The notes: a model not told the origin generated them from the sequence alone. A DNA stretch of 64,000 nucleotides from an uncultured Bacilli bacterium (GCA_910583745.1 CAJTZC010000008.1:5785-69784); one strand, 5' to 3'. Shown: positions 47,010 through 55,673, counted from the first letter of the stretch. Made by a program: numbers and translations.

Positions 47010-48899
47010 TTAGATAGTTGTGAAGTTTGCATCGGCTAATTTTGGCCAACCGGATGCATCTATAATCCATGGTTTTAATTCTTGACTTTTTATAATTATA
47101 TTTATTGTCGATGACATGTAAAAGAACATTGATTTATTGTCGGTAACATTACTAATATCAAAATTACTTAAATTCAACGTCGTCAGGCCACTACATCCAT
47201 AAAACATACAACTCATATTCGTAACCTTACTTGTGTCAAAGTTGCTTATATCCAATGTTGTCAAGTTACTACAATCACCAAACATTCTATACATAGTAAT
47301 TACGTTACTGGTATTAAAGTTGCTTACATTTAAAGTTGTCAAACTACTACAATTATAAAACATATCGTACATATTTGTGCAGTTGCTTGTATCAAAATTA
47401 CTCACATCTAGTGTTTTCAAACTACTACAATTCGCGAATGTCCCTCTCATATCAGTAACCTTGCTCGTATCAAAATGACTTACATCTAATTCAGTTAAAC
47501 TACTACAACCATAAAACATATAGTACATGTTTGTACAGTTACTCGTGTCAAAGTTACTTACATCTAAAACTTTTAATTTGTTACATCGGTTAAATATTCC
47601 ACTCAGGGATGTCACTTTGCTCGTATCAAAGTTGCTGACATTTACAATTTCTAGGTTTATGCATCCTGAAAACATAGAAGACATCGTTACAACATTGTGT
47701 GTATTAAAATTTTCTAATTTTATAATCTTTAAATTAATGCAGCTTCCAAACATATAACCCATATTAGTAACATTACTTGTATCAAAGTTACTTAGATCTA
47801 AAGTTGTCAAACTACTACAACCAGAAAACATACTGTACATAGTAGTAACATTTCCTGTATTAAACGTACTTACATCTAATGTTGTTAAATTATTGCACGC
47901 TCTAAACATCCAATTCATATCCGTAACTTTGCTCGTATTAAAATTGCTTAAGTCTAATTCAGTTAAATTACTACAACCAGAAAACATATAGCTCATAGAA
48001 GTTACTTTACTCGTGTTCAATATATTTAAATTACTGATAGTTTCTAATGAGGTGAAATTGTAGAATAGAAGTGAACTATCTCTATTTGCTACAGTTTCTC
48101 CCTCTGATTGTATATAGGCTATGTACTTGGTTTCATCTTCTGCATCTGGTACTAGATAACTCATCACACTTTCGTTTTGAGCACTAGATATGTCATAGAT
48201 ATAACTCGCGTTCTCTTTTGGATTTAATGTATCTTCAAAAACTATCTTTTTTATATCTGCTCTATGTTGCCATATTTTTTCATTGTAACTGCTTGTAACT
48301 CTCATTAATTCATTAGATATCGATTCAGTTAATTTTTGGTCTGAAGGTACAATCGATAGCTTTATCGAATACTTAGCATTTAGATTCTCGTTTTGGTTAT
48401 AATCTTTATTTAAGAAGGTCACTGTCATTCTGTAGTTTTGTGTAGTTTTACCTTCTATTTCTATACTCTCTTTGATGGCTATATTCGCAGTCTTTACTTC
48501 TCTAAATGGAACAGGTGTCGTATCTATAAGCGCTTTTCCCGTATCGATGTTTTCTATTTTATATATTAGTTCATCATTCTTAAAAGTATTTTGTAAATGT
48601 TTGAAATATAAAGTATAAGTTATTTTGCTCTTAGATTCATTCTTTATTTGGAAGGTTTTTACTATGCTTTCTCCCAGGCTTAAATCTTTATTGATGTTTT
48701 CACAATGAAATTGATTCTCGGCTGCACAGTCTGTATAAGTGAGAATCAATTTATCAGTTGTAACTCCCATCCTTTGAGGGTCATTTATACTCGGCAGAAT
48801 GTTCATTAAAAGATAAGCTGTCGAAGTGGCTATAGTAACGACGATTATTGACACCAAAAGTACGAGAAGTATTTTTTTATTTTTCTTAAATTTTTGCAC
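47010..48899 (-). CDS. BspA-type leucine-rich repeat surface protein (DUF285-like repeats) with an N-terminal SipW/TasA-like module
   Basis: GTG start with RBS AGAGGGA. About 12 repeats of F.GCSSLT.LD(V/L)SNFDTSNVT.M..MF. N-terminal MQKFKKNKKILLVLLVSIIVVTIATSTAYLL followed by a beta-rich module. Confidence 0.85.
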   Translation of the reverse strand: MQKFKKNKKILLVLLVSIIVVTIATSTAYLLMNILPSINDPQRMGVTTDKLILTYTDCAAENQFHCENINKDLSLGESIVKTFQIKNESKSKITYTLYFKHLQNTFKNDELIYKIENIDTGKALIDTTPVPFREVKTANIAIKESIEIEGKTTQNYRMTVTFLNKDYNQNENLNAKYSIKLSIVPSDQKLTESISNELMRVTSSYNEKIWQHRADIKKIVFEDTLNPKENASYIYDISSAQNESVMSYLVPDAEDETKYIAYIQSEGETVANRDSSLLFYNFTSLETISNLNILNTSKVTSMSYMFSGCSNLTELDLSNFNTSKVTDMNWMFRACNNLTTLDVSTFNTGNVTTMYSMFSGCSSLTTLDLSNFDTSNVTNMGYMFGSCINLKIIKLENFNTHNVVTMSSMFSGCINLEIVNVSNFDTSKVTSLSGIFNRCNKLKVLDVSNFDTSNCTNMYYMFYGCSSLTELDVSHFDTSKVTDMRGTFANCSSLKTLDVSNFDTSNCTNMYDMFYNCSSLTTLNVSNFNTSNVITMYRMFGDCSNLTTLDISNFDTSKVTNMSCMFYGCSGLTTLNLSNFDISNVTDNKSMFFYMSSTINIIIKSQELKPWIIDASGWPKLADANFTTI

Positions 48900-48922
48900 G
48901 TTAAAAGGTCCCTCTTTCTATA

Positions 48923-48988
48923 TATCCGGACCTTGTGTTCTATCCGGACCTTGTGTTCTATCCGGACCTTGTGTTCTATCCGGACCTT
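48923..48988. repeat. 18-bp tandem repeat (tatccggaccttgtgttc), 3.7 copies, in the 5-prime leader of the LRR gene
   Basis: Copies at 48923-48940, 48941-48958 and 48959-48976 are identical; a partial copy spans 48977-48988. The paralogous leader at 46907-46945 has a single copy. Confidence 0.9.
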
Positions 48989-49090
48989 TCCTACTCTTAG
49001 AGTTTATACCATCAGGTTCTTTACTGTCAAGCATTTTGTTCAAGATTTACATTGCTTTAGCGAATTATTTTTTTTGCCATTTTTAACTGT

Positions 49091-50650
49091 TTATCCTTGC
49101 AAAACATACGGATTGTCTATAGTGCCGTTTCCTTGGAGTTGATGAACGAGTTCGCTTTTTATATTGATGACGGGTAAAACTCCAACAGTTGAAACACTGA
49201 TTAATCGACTGTAAAGATAATTTTGGATTATAAATGCGAAACCTCCACTTTCTGAAAAATGACTAGGCGTAAAAGTCCATGAAAATTTATTTCGCTTCAA
49301 ATAAAAATTTATTGCTGTATCATAATTATCATAGTTATCATATTTGCCACTTCCTGCTACCATGATTTCATCTGCTGTGATGAGTCCTACTGGGTAAGTC
49401 AAGGCTCCGTTTCCTCCACTTATCTCTTCCACTGTGAATTTATCATTTTCTTGTGGACAAGTTAATTGAGGATTAATATCAGATACTAATCGTGTTCTTC
49501 CTTTAAAGTATGTATTACTATTCCCGTACCCTGTCCCTTTTTTTTCATCGAAACTGCGGTCGTTACAAAAAATCTCATCGGAGACATAATCATGGTACCC
49601 TGTATCCACTATATTGCTTTTGTACCATGCATCCACTGCCACTTTGACGTTTGTACTTGTCTCATTTCTCTGGGCTTCTTCCTTCGAGGTGCTCGGTTCC
49701 CCTTGTTTGCCTCCGAACATCCAACCTGTATATTTTGCATCATCATCATTTGCATTCCACGGTTGATTCGAAAGAGCAAAATCTTTAGTATAAGACTCTG
49801 AATCTGATGTGGAAGCTCCATCGTAAATTATTCTCATGCTACCGTTTCCATTAAATCGGATGATTCTCCACCACATGTCTTGTCCTTCTGCATTTTTACC
49901 AAATTTAACGTAGTTGTTTGAAGCCGCTCCACGATAGTAATAACTCGTCCCATAGTCATCGGGCATACTAAACAGTCCATCTGCAGTTTCATCTGTAGTC
50001 GTCGCGACAGAAAAATCTACTGGATTGTGAGGGTTGATTTTTATATTTAAGCTTTCCAATATGTTTTCAGCAGTCATTTTTTGGCTCTGTTCGAGGGCGA
50101 ACTTTGTTATAAAAATGGCATTTAAATCTGGTGTTTGGTCCACTTCAGCCAAATCTTCTAAAGTCATACTTAATTTATATGTATTTGTACGTCCTGCAGG
50201 AATGAATAAGTAGTTTGCTAGAACTTTCGTTGAAGCGATTTCACTTCTCGGGATATTTTTATTTGCTGTTTTTATTTTTTTAAATGTCGCATTTCCTTCA
50301 TCACTCTTTTCTTCTAAAGTGTAAGTTAATGATTCTGCTAGGTAAGTATTTATTAGATTATCCCAGCTTATCTTCGCATAGGCATCGACTGTTCCCGTGT
50401 TTTCGATGACTAATAGTTTTTCTATTGTATCTCCAAAATTCCAAGTGCCTTCTATGTTTTCGACTGTGTCGTCGTTATCTTTAAATGTTAGAGCTAAATC
50501 GCCAGATGTTAAAACAATTTTTTCTTCTTCTTTTTCTACTGGCACGTTAAAGAAGGCATAACTCACACCAATGATTACTATTACTACTGGAATAATTAAT
50601 CCTAGAAATATTACTTTCTTTTTTAGTTCTTCTTTTTTATTTTCTGTCAT
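49091..50650 (-). CDS. Secreted protein with SipW/TasA-like N-terminal signal and module (paralog 2)
   Basis: ATG 50650 has RBS AGAGGAG. MTENKKEELKKKVIFLGLIIPVVIVIIGVSYAFFNVP. Long blocks are near-identical to paralog 1 (GDLALTF(R/K)DNDxTVENIEGTWNFGD, AYAKISWDNLINTYLAESLTYTLEEKSD, GQDMWWRIIRFNGNG, YPVGLITADEI). The C-terminus ends GNGTIDNPYVLQG. Confidence 0.8.
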   Translation of the reverse strand: MTENKKEELKKKVIFLGLIIPVVIVIIGVSYAFFNVPVEKEEEKIVLTSGDLALTFKDNDDTVENIEGTWNFGDTIEKLLVIENTGTVDAYAKISWDNLINTYLAESLTYTLEEKSDEGNATFKKIKTANKNIPRSEIASTKVLANYLFIPAGRTNTYKLSMTLEDLAEVDQTPDLNAIFITKFALEQSQKMTAENILESLNIKINPHNPVDFSVATTTDETADGLFSMPDDYGTSYYYRGAASNNYVKFGKNAEGQDMWWRIIRFNGNGSMRIIYDGASTSDSESYTKDFALSNQPWNANDDDAKYTGWMFGGKQGEPSTSKEEAQRNETSTNVKVAVDAWYKSNIVDTGYHDYVSDEIFCNDRSFDEKKGTGYGNSNTYFKGRTRLVSDINPQLTCPQENDKFTVEEISGGNGALTYPVGLITADEIMVAGSGKYDNYDNYDTAINFYLKRNKFSWTFTPSHFSESGGFAFIIQNYLYSRLISVSTVGVLPVINIKSELVHQLQGNGTIDNPYVLQG

Positions 50651-50680
50651 GAAAAAAGCTCCTCTTTCCATCTTTTCTGG

Positions 50681-51373
50681 TCATTTCTCATTATTTGTGT
50701 TTTGTTGTATAATATCATTGATGACAAAGCTCGCTATTAAAAGTCCTCCACTCGATGGGACAAAAGCTGAGCTTCCCAAAATAGCCTCGCCAGTGTCAAT
50801 AGGCTGTTCTTCACTTGCAAGGACGACGATTTTATTCGTCTTCTCTCCTTTTAAAAGGCTTCTCATCTTTCTCGCTAATGGGTCGTGGGAAGTCTTATCC
50901 AAAGTCGTCATCTTTAACAGCTCAGGATGTAACTTTCTAGCGGTACCCGTCGATACGACGAGTTTTAAATCTTCATGGAGAGCTCTTTTGGCCAAGGCTA
51001 CTTTTACTTTCACGTCGTCAATCGCATCGATGATGTAGTCGTATTTTTCTAAATTCAAATCTTGTATGGTCTCTTCGGTCAGCTCCTCTTTGATGGCCTC
51101 CACGTGGATATCCTTATTTATATCTTCTAACCTCGCTTTTAGCACATCGACCTTATATAGGCCTATCGTAGAATGTAAGGCGATGATTTGACGGTTTAAA
51201 TTGGTAATGTCGACGACATCTTTATCTACGATAGTCAAACTCTGTATGCCACTTCTCACGAGAGCTTCGATGGCATGACCACCGACTCCACCACAGCCCA
51301 ATACGAGGATTTTTTTCGATTTTATGCATTTCAGTTTATCTTTACCTATCAATTTTTCCAATCTATCGAACAA
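50681..51373 (-). CDS. tcdA: tRNA threonylcarbamoyladenosine dehydratase (ThiF/MoeB-fold, TcdA-like)
   Basis: ILVLGCGGVGGHAIEALVRSGI...TIVDKDVVDITNLNRQ is a Rossmann E1-like motif, and the ~230-aa size is typical of TcdA/CsdL. Confidence 0.75.
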   Translation of the reverse strand: MFDRLEKLIGKDKLKCIKSKKILVLGCGGVGGHAIEALVRSGIQSLTIVDKDVVDITNLNRQIIALHSTIGLYKVDVLKARLEDINKDIHVEAIKEELTEETIQDLNLEKYDYIIDAIDDVKVKVALAKRALHEDLKLVVSTGTARKLHPELLKMTTLDKTSHDPLARKMRSLLKGEKTNKIVVLASEEQPIDTGEAILGSSAFVPSSGGLLIASFVINDIIQQNTNNEK

Positions 51374-51392
51374 AATTGGTCACTTCCTTTAT

Positions 51393-51556
51393 AAAAAAAA
51401 TATCCAAAGGGGTGTGATAAAAGCCCGCGCTCGCGCCAGGTGGGTCATCACATGATTTGCTTTAGGAGCCAAGAGTCAATGACTCAAGTATTCGACACCA
51501 CAAATCAATTAGATCCCCAATCATCACTTAGTCGGTTTTATGTAACCCTTCGGATA
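51393..51556 (-). ncRNA. Structured ~165-nt RNA, candidate 6S RNA (ssrS-like)
   Basis: Minus strand has an extended -10 TGATATACT (51562-51570) about 7 nt upstream of a 10-bp closing stem, AUCCGAAGGG/CCCUUUGGAU, which is immediately followed by U8. The interior forms a long imperfect hairpin (AUAAAA/UUUUAU, UGAUUUG/CAAAUCA, apical GAGUC-auu-GACUC) with a large central asymmetric bubble whose 3-prime side contains GCGCGAGCGC. No long ORF. Confidence 0.45.
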
Positions 51557-51638
51557 ATTAAAGTATATCATAGAAAACGACAAAAGTATATCATATTTTA
51601 GAAAGTTTTACTCTATAATTTACTGTGGTGAGTTATTG

Positions 51639-51998
51639 ATGGATAAATTGAAGAAATATTTAAAACCTGTCGTGCTATTTTTGGGGACTTTTGTCTTTTA
51701 CCTTCTTTTATTGCTTTTGCTCAATTATACCGGTGTCATAAAGCTAGGTTCTATCGTAAAAATTAACTTTGTCGTGATTTCGGTGATTACTCTTTTATTA
51801 GGAGTTATAGAGGGAAAAAAGACTTCCAAGAAAGGTTACTTGGAAGGTCTAAAACTCGGCGGCGTCGTCGTAGCGATTCTATTTTTACTGAATCTTCTAT
51901 TCTATAGAACTTTCAACGTCTATATCTTGCTTTACTATCTCGTCATCGTCGTGAGCAGTACCATCGGCAGTATGATAGGTATAAATCTCAAACGTTAG
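51639..51998 (+). CDS. Small integral membrane protein (TIGR04086/YrzE-like)
   Basis: RBS GGTGAG before ATG 51639. Four TM helices with a Gly-rich last helix (SSTIGSMIGINL). Confidence 0.55.
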   Translation: MDKLKKYLKPVVLFLGTFVFYLLLLLLLNYTGVIKLGSIVKINFVVISVITLLLGVIEGKKTSKKGYLEGLKLGGVVVAILFLLNLLFYRTFNVYILLYYLVIVVSSTIGSMIGINLKR

Positions 51999-52612
51999 TT
52001 TTGACAGATATCTTCAGAATAGACATAATCGTAAGTCGTGAAAATGGCTTCTTTTTTGTTTTCGCAGACGACTAAGGAATACTGTGAATTATCGAAATCT
52101 TTTTGTCCTCCGTCATAGTATATTTTGTAACCGACTGTCCCCTCGTTTGGTATCATCAAAGACTGGATTTTCTCCAAAGTCACGAGCCCATTTTGGAAAG
52201 CTTCGTTCAATGTATGCGTGGTTTTATCTTTGGACATCGTCACTTTCACTTCGCTCAAATTGAGTGAATAAAAATCGTATCCATCAAAGCTCAATAACTT
52301 CTGTTTCGGACTCTCATTCGGCGTGGCGACGATTTGGAATTCGTATTTTGGAACCTCTTCTTTTACCAGATTGTAGATGTTTATACCGAAGAGTGCCACT
52401 CCTATGACCATAAACACAATCATCAATATCTCTATCAGCATAAGACCGTTTTTGTGTGCTGTGCCAGCTAAAATCAAAGTAAATATGATGACGAGGAAGA
52501 GCGATATGCACATTCCTATCTGTTCATCTATCACTCCTGTCACAGATACGAGCATCAAGATGACAATGGCCATTGCAAATAGTATCATCGGTATATTTTT
52601 ATTCTTTTTCAT
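51995..52612 (-). CDS. Hypothetical membrane protein (three TM helices plus an extracytoplasmic C-terminal domain)
   Basis: 205-aa ORF immediately downstream of the prepilin peptidase gene. No motif recognised. Confidence 0.6.
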   Translation of the reverse strand: MKKNKNIPMILFAMAIVILMLVSVTGVIDEQIGMCISLFLVIIFTLILAGTAHKNGLMLIEILMIVFMVIGVALFGINIYNLVKEEVPKYEFQIVATPNESPKQKLLSFDGYDFYSLNLSEVKVTMSKDKTTHTLNEAFQNGLVTLEKIQSLMIPNEGTVGYKIYYDGGQKDFDNSQYSLVVCENKKEAIFTTYDYVYSEDICQN

Positions 52613-52626
52613 AAGTTAAACCCTTT

Positions 52627-53385
52627 CTAATTGACAAGTAAATTTAAAAATTCTAACATGGGATTTTGTAATAGGAATGTTATGTAGAGTCCCAAGACGA
52701 GGAATGGTCCAAAGGCGAGTTCGTTCGTCTTTTTTGCTAGGGAGATATACAACGCGTATGGTAAAGCACAAGAGGAGCCTATCACTATCGATATTAAGAA
52801 CAGATTGTATGGCAATATCGAACCCATCAGGAAAGCCAATTTGATGTCTCCCCCTCCGAGAGAATCTCGTTTGAAGGCGGCATCTCCTAAGACCTTAACG
52901 ACGACCATTAGCACGAAGGCGAAGACGCCGTATAAGAAGCTTTTGTATATCCCTTTCCACAAACCTAAGTCTAGAAAAATCAAGAGGTAGATGAGTAGCA
53001 TTCCAACGATAATCGTGCTGTCTAGGATGATCATCTCTTTGAAATCGGATAAGAAGACCGATACCATAATCAAGACGATGACAAATCCTAGCAACGTTTT
53101 GTAACTGAAACCGTATACACTGAATGTGAGGACGAACAGGAGTCCTGTAAATATCTCGATGAGCAAGGAATCTATCCCTATTTTGCTCTTGCATTCCCTG
53201 CAGCATCCCTTTTGAATCAGGTACGATACGATGGGAATTAGTTCGTACCATCGAAGGAAATGTCCACACTTCGTACAGTGGCTTCGCGGTTTGACTATCG
53301 ACTCTTCGTTCAACAATCTCGTGACGTATACGTGCATGAAGGATGCGAGGACGGCTCCGAGAATAAATGTAAATATATAGTACAT
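52627..53385 (-). CDS. Prepilin peptidase (A24 family, PilD/ComC-like)
   Basis: N-terminal Zn-binding-type CTKCGH...CRECK pairs, catalytic Asp context FLSDFKEMIILD, and the GGGDIKL motif. Confidence 0.9.
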   Translation of the reverse strand: MYYIFTFILGAVLASFMHVYVTRLLNEESIVKPRSHCTKCGHFLRWYELIPIVSYLIQKGCCRECKSKIGIDSLLIEIFTGLLFVLTFSVYGFSYKTLLGFVIVLIMVSVFLSDFKEMIILDSTIIVGMLLIYLLIFLDLGLWKGIYKSFLYGVFAFVLMVVVKVLGDAAFKRDSLGGGDIKLAFLMGSILPYNLFLISIVIGSSCALPYALYISLAKKTNELAFGPFLVLGLYITFLLQNPMLEFLNLLVN

Positions 53386-53393
53386 AGCTCGAC

Positions 53394-54863
53394 CTATAGG
53401 ATGTTTCCGTAGAGCTCGAACATCGGATAGACGACGGCGATTAAGACGCCTCCGACGACAACGGCTAGGAATATGATGAGAATCGGTTCTATCAGTGCTT
53501 TCAAGGAGTTGACAATTGTCCTATGTTGTTCTTGGTAATAGGCACTGACTTTCGACATCATGGCTGGAAGTTGACCCGTGTTTTCACCAGTAACTAACAT
53601 GTAGTATGCGATGTCTGGGACAGCCCAGTGGTCTTTGAAGGATTCGCTAATTTTTTCTCCTCGCGTAATGTTGTTCATCGTGTCGTACATCAATTCTTTG
53701 TATATCTCATTGCCCGTAATTCTCGATAGGATTTCGATACTTTCTGTGATAAAGACGTCATTTTTCAATAGGGAAGCAAACGTCTTTGTGAATATTGTAA
53801 GCTCGTTGTATATGATAATCTGTCCTAGAATCGGGATGTGCATCATCAAAATCTGTGTCTGTTTTTTAAAGGCTTTGGAGCCTTTATAAGCGAGTACAAT
53901 TAATCCTATCGTTCCTATGATGCCTCCGACGAGGAACCAGATATACTCTCTCAAGAAAGTACTCGTGTTAATGACGAATACTGTGAGAGGGTTTAACTCT
54001 GCTCCGGCTGATGCGTAGATGTTTACGAACTGTGGAACGATATAAATCATGATGAATGCAATGATGACGAGGGAGAAGAGTGCGACGACGGTTGGATAAG
54101 TCATCGCGCTTATCATCTGCTTCTGGGTCGCATTTATCTCTTCGTAATAATGTCCTAAATCTTCGAGAGTCTCATCTAAATTTCCTGCGGCTTCCGCGGC
54201 CTTAATCATATTGATGACGAGAGGTGGAAAAGCGCCGACTTGTTTTTCGAGGGCACTACTGAAAGCCTCACCCATCGTCAAATAGTAGACTATCGATTGG
54301 GTTATCGCGTGTTGCTTTTTGTTTTTCTTGAGCTGTTTACTCAAAATACGCATCGCCTCTGTCAAAGTAATACCTGATTTGATGTATGTCTCTAGCTGTG
54401 AGATGAAGAAGATTAAGTCTTTTACACTCATTCTGCTGTACTTTCCACCGGCTTGTCCATAGACGAAATTGATCACTTTCGATGTCGAGAGAGAGTATAC
54501 GGTAAACCCTTCCCCTGTCAAAAAGGTGTAGATATCCAGTTTGGAAACGCCGATAAAAGTACCGTTTTCGAGTTTGCCTTCTGGACTCATTGCTTTGTAG
54601 AGAAATGTCTGTGGAGTATCGAACCGTTGGTCTTTACCGCTATTTATGCTCTCTAAAAGCTCTTTTCGTAACGCTTCTAGTTTCTTTAGCTGACTTGCAG
54701 GAATCTTTTTGACTTTCTTTTTTCTTTTGTTGTCTTGGGTACCCTTACTCGCTTGAAGCTGAGCAAGCGCGTCTTCAGGACTCGCATTTTTTGTCTCTGT
54801 TTGGCCTGTGAGTGCTGCCTCGATATTCATCGGCTCTTCGTTTTTATTATTCGATGGATTCAT
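53394..54863 (-). CDS. Type II secretion system F family platform protein (PilC/ComGB-like) with an ~80-aa Lys-rich N-terminal extension
   Basis: Two T2SSF repeats (FFISQLETYIKSGITLTEAMRIL... and FTKTFASLLKNDVFITESIEIL...) and three TM segments. Confidence 0.85.
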   Translation of the reverse strand: MNPSNNKNEEPMNIEAALTGQTETKNASPEDALAQLQASKGTQDNKRKKKVKKIPASQLKKLEALRKELLESINSGKDQRFDTPQTFLYKAMSPEGKLENGTFIGVSKLDIYTFLTGEGFTVYSLSTSKVINFVYGQAGGKYSRMSVKDLIFFISQLETYIKSGITLTEAMRILSKQLKKNKKQHAITQSIVYYLTMGEAFSSALEKQVGAFPPLVINMIKAAEAAGNLDETLEDLGHYYEEINATQKQMISAMTYPTVVALFSLVIIAFIMIYIVPQFVNIYASAGAELNPLTVFVINTSTFLREYIWFLVGGIIGTIGLIVLAYKGSKAFKKQTQILMMHIPILGQIIIYNELTIFTKTFASLLKNDVFITESIEILSRITGNEIYKELMYDTMNNITRGEKISESFKDHWAVPDIAYYMLVTGENTGQLPAMMSKVSAYYQEQHRTIVNSLKALIEPILIIFLAVVVGGVLIAVVYPMFELYGNIL

Positions 54864-54970
54864 ATTCGTTCACACACCTTTTCTATTCTATGTAATTATA
54901 ACATAATTATCGAGTAAGAAAAACCCTTTTTTAATTTTTAAAGAAAAAAGAACTGGTCGTTCTCATTCAT

Positions 54971-55588
54971 TTAAGTTAAAGATATAATTTTTTCTAGTAC
55001 TGTTCCATATTTTGTGATGGCGGTTTCTCCCGGATTGACGAGAAATCTGTCGAAATCTATTGTCTGCACCTCTCTCGAGATTACTCCATCTTTTAAAGAT
55101 ATAACTGTGCCTTCGATGGAACCGCTTTCTTTTTTTAGCAAATCGAGCGTATCTTTTGCATCGAGTTTTACTAGGCCTAAAAGCTCTGTCTCGTCGAATT
55201 TGAACTCTTGCTCATCATCGGCGATTTCAAAGCAGTAGACATTCGCGAAAGCTCTATCTCTAAAGACTGACCCATCCTTCTCTGGACGGTCCATTACAAA
55301 ATGGACTATGTCTATCAAAGTCGCTTTGTCGTAGTCGACTTTGATACCTATCTCCTCTTCGATTTCCCTACCAAATCCCTCTTTGACTGTTTCGCCTGCT
55401 AGGATATGTCCCGACGCCGTCGTATAGAGTTTGCCTTCTTTTTTTCTAATCTGGAAGAAGATAGACCCCTTCGCATCGTATAGGTAACAATGTACTGTCT
55501 TGTGCCAAAGGGCATCTCAATGGACTATCGCTCTATCTTCCGTTCCCAAGTGTTGTCCGTTTTCGTCATAAATGTCTAATTTTTCCAT
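54971..55588 (-). pseudogene. NUDIX hydrolase gene interrupted by a single in-frame TGA (codon 24)
   Basis: From ATG 55588: MEKLDIYDENGQHLGTEDRAIVH-TGA(55517-55519)-DALWHKTVHCYLYDAKGSIFFQIRKKEGKLYTTASGHILAGETVKEGFGREIEEEIG (Nudix box GX5EX7REUXEEXGU-like), continuing into ORF 54971..55318. Confidence 0.7.
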
Positions 55589-55673
55589 AAAATCAACTCT
55601 TTTCTATGTTTAATCTCTCTCATTATAACACGTTTCGCGCCGTGAGAGTAAAGTTTTTCAAAAAATATTGATT

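Noticed and set aside
48923-48988. CRISPR array candidates among the tandem repeats at 6189-6236, 48923-48988 and 61771-61812.
   Set aside because: The repeats are directly adjacent with no spacers, are only 18-24 bp long and present in 2-4 copies, and no cas genes are present.
48826-49142. Plus-strand ORFs containing GPCVLSGPCVLSGPCVLS or RTLCSIRTLCSIRTLCSI peptide repeats.
   Set aside because: The peptide repeats are simply the 18-bp DNA tandem repeat read in frame. The region is the promoter and leader of the minus-strand LRR gene.
55517-55519. The possibility that the organism uses genetic code 4 (TGA=Trp), prompted by the in-frame TGA in the NUDIX gene and the Mollicutes-like DUF285 repeats.
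   Set aside because: ORFs of 800-1273 codons are uninterrupted under the standard code, and some genes terminate with TGA (for example the mini-pilin ORF). A code-4 genome would show many internal TGAs.
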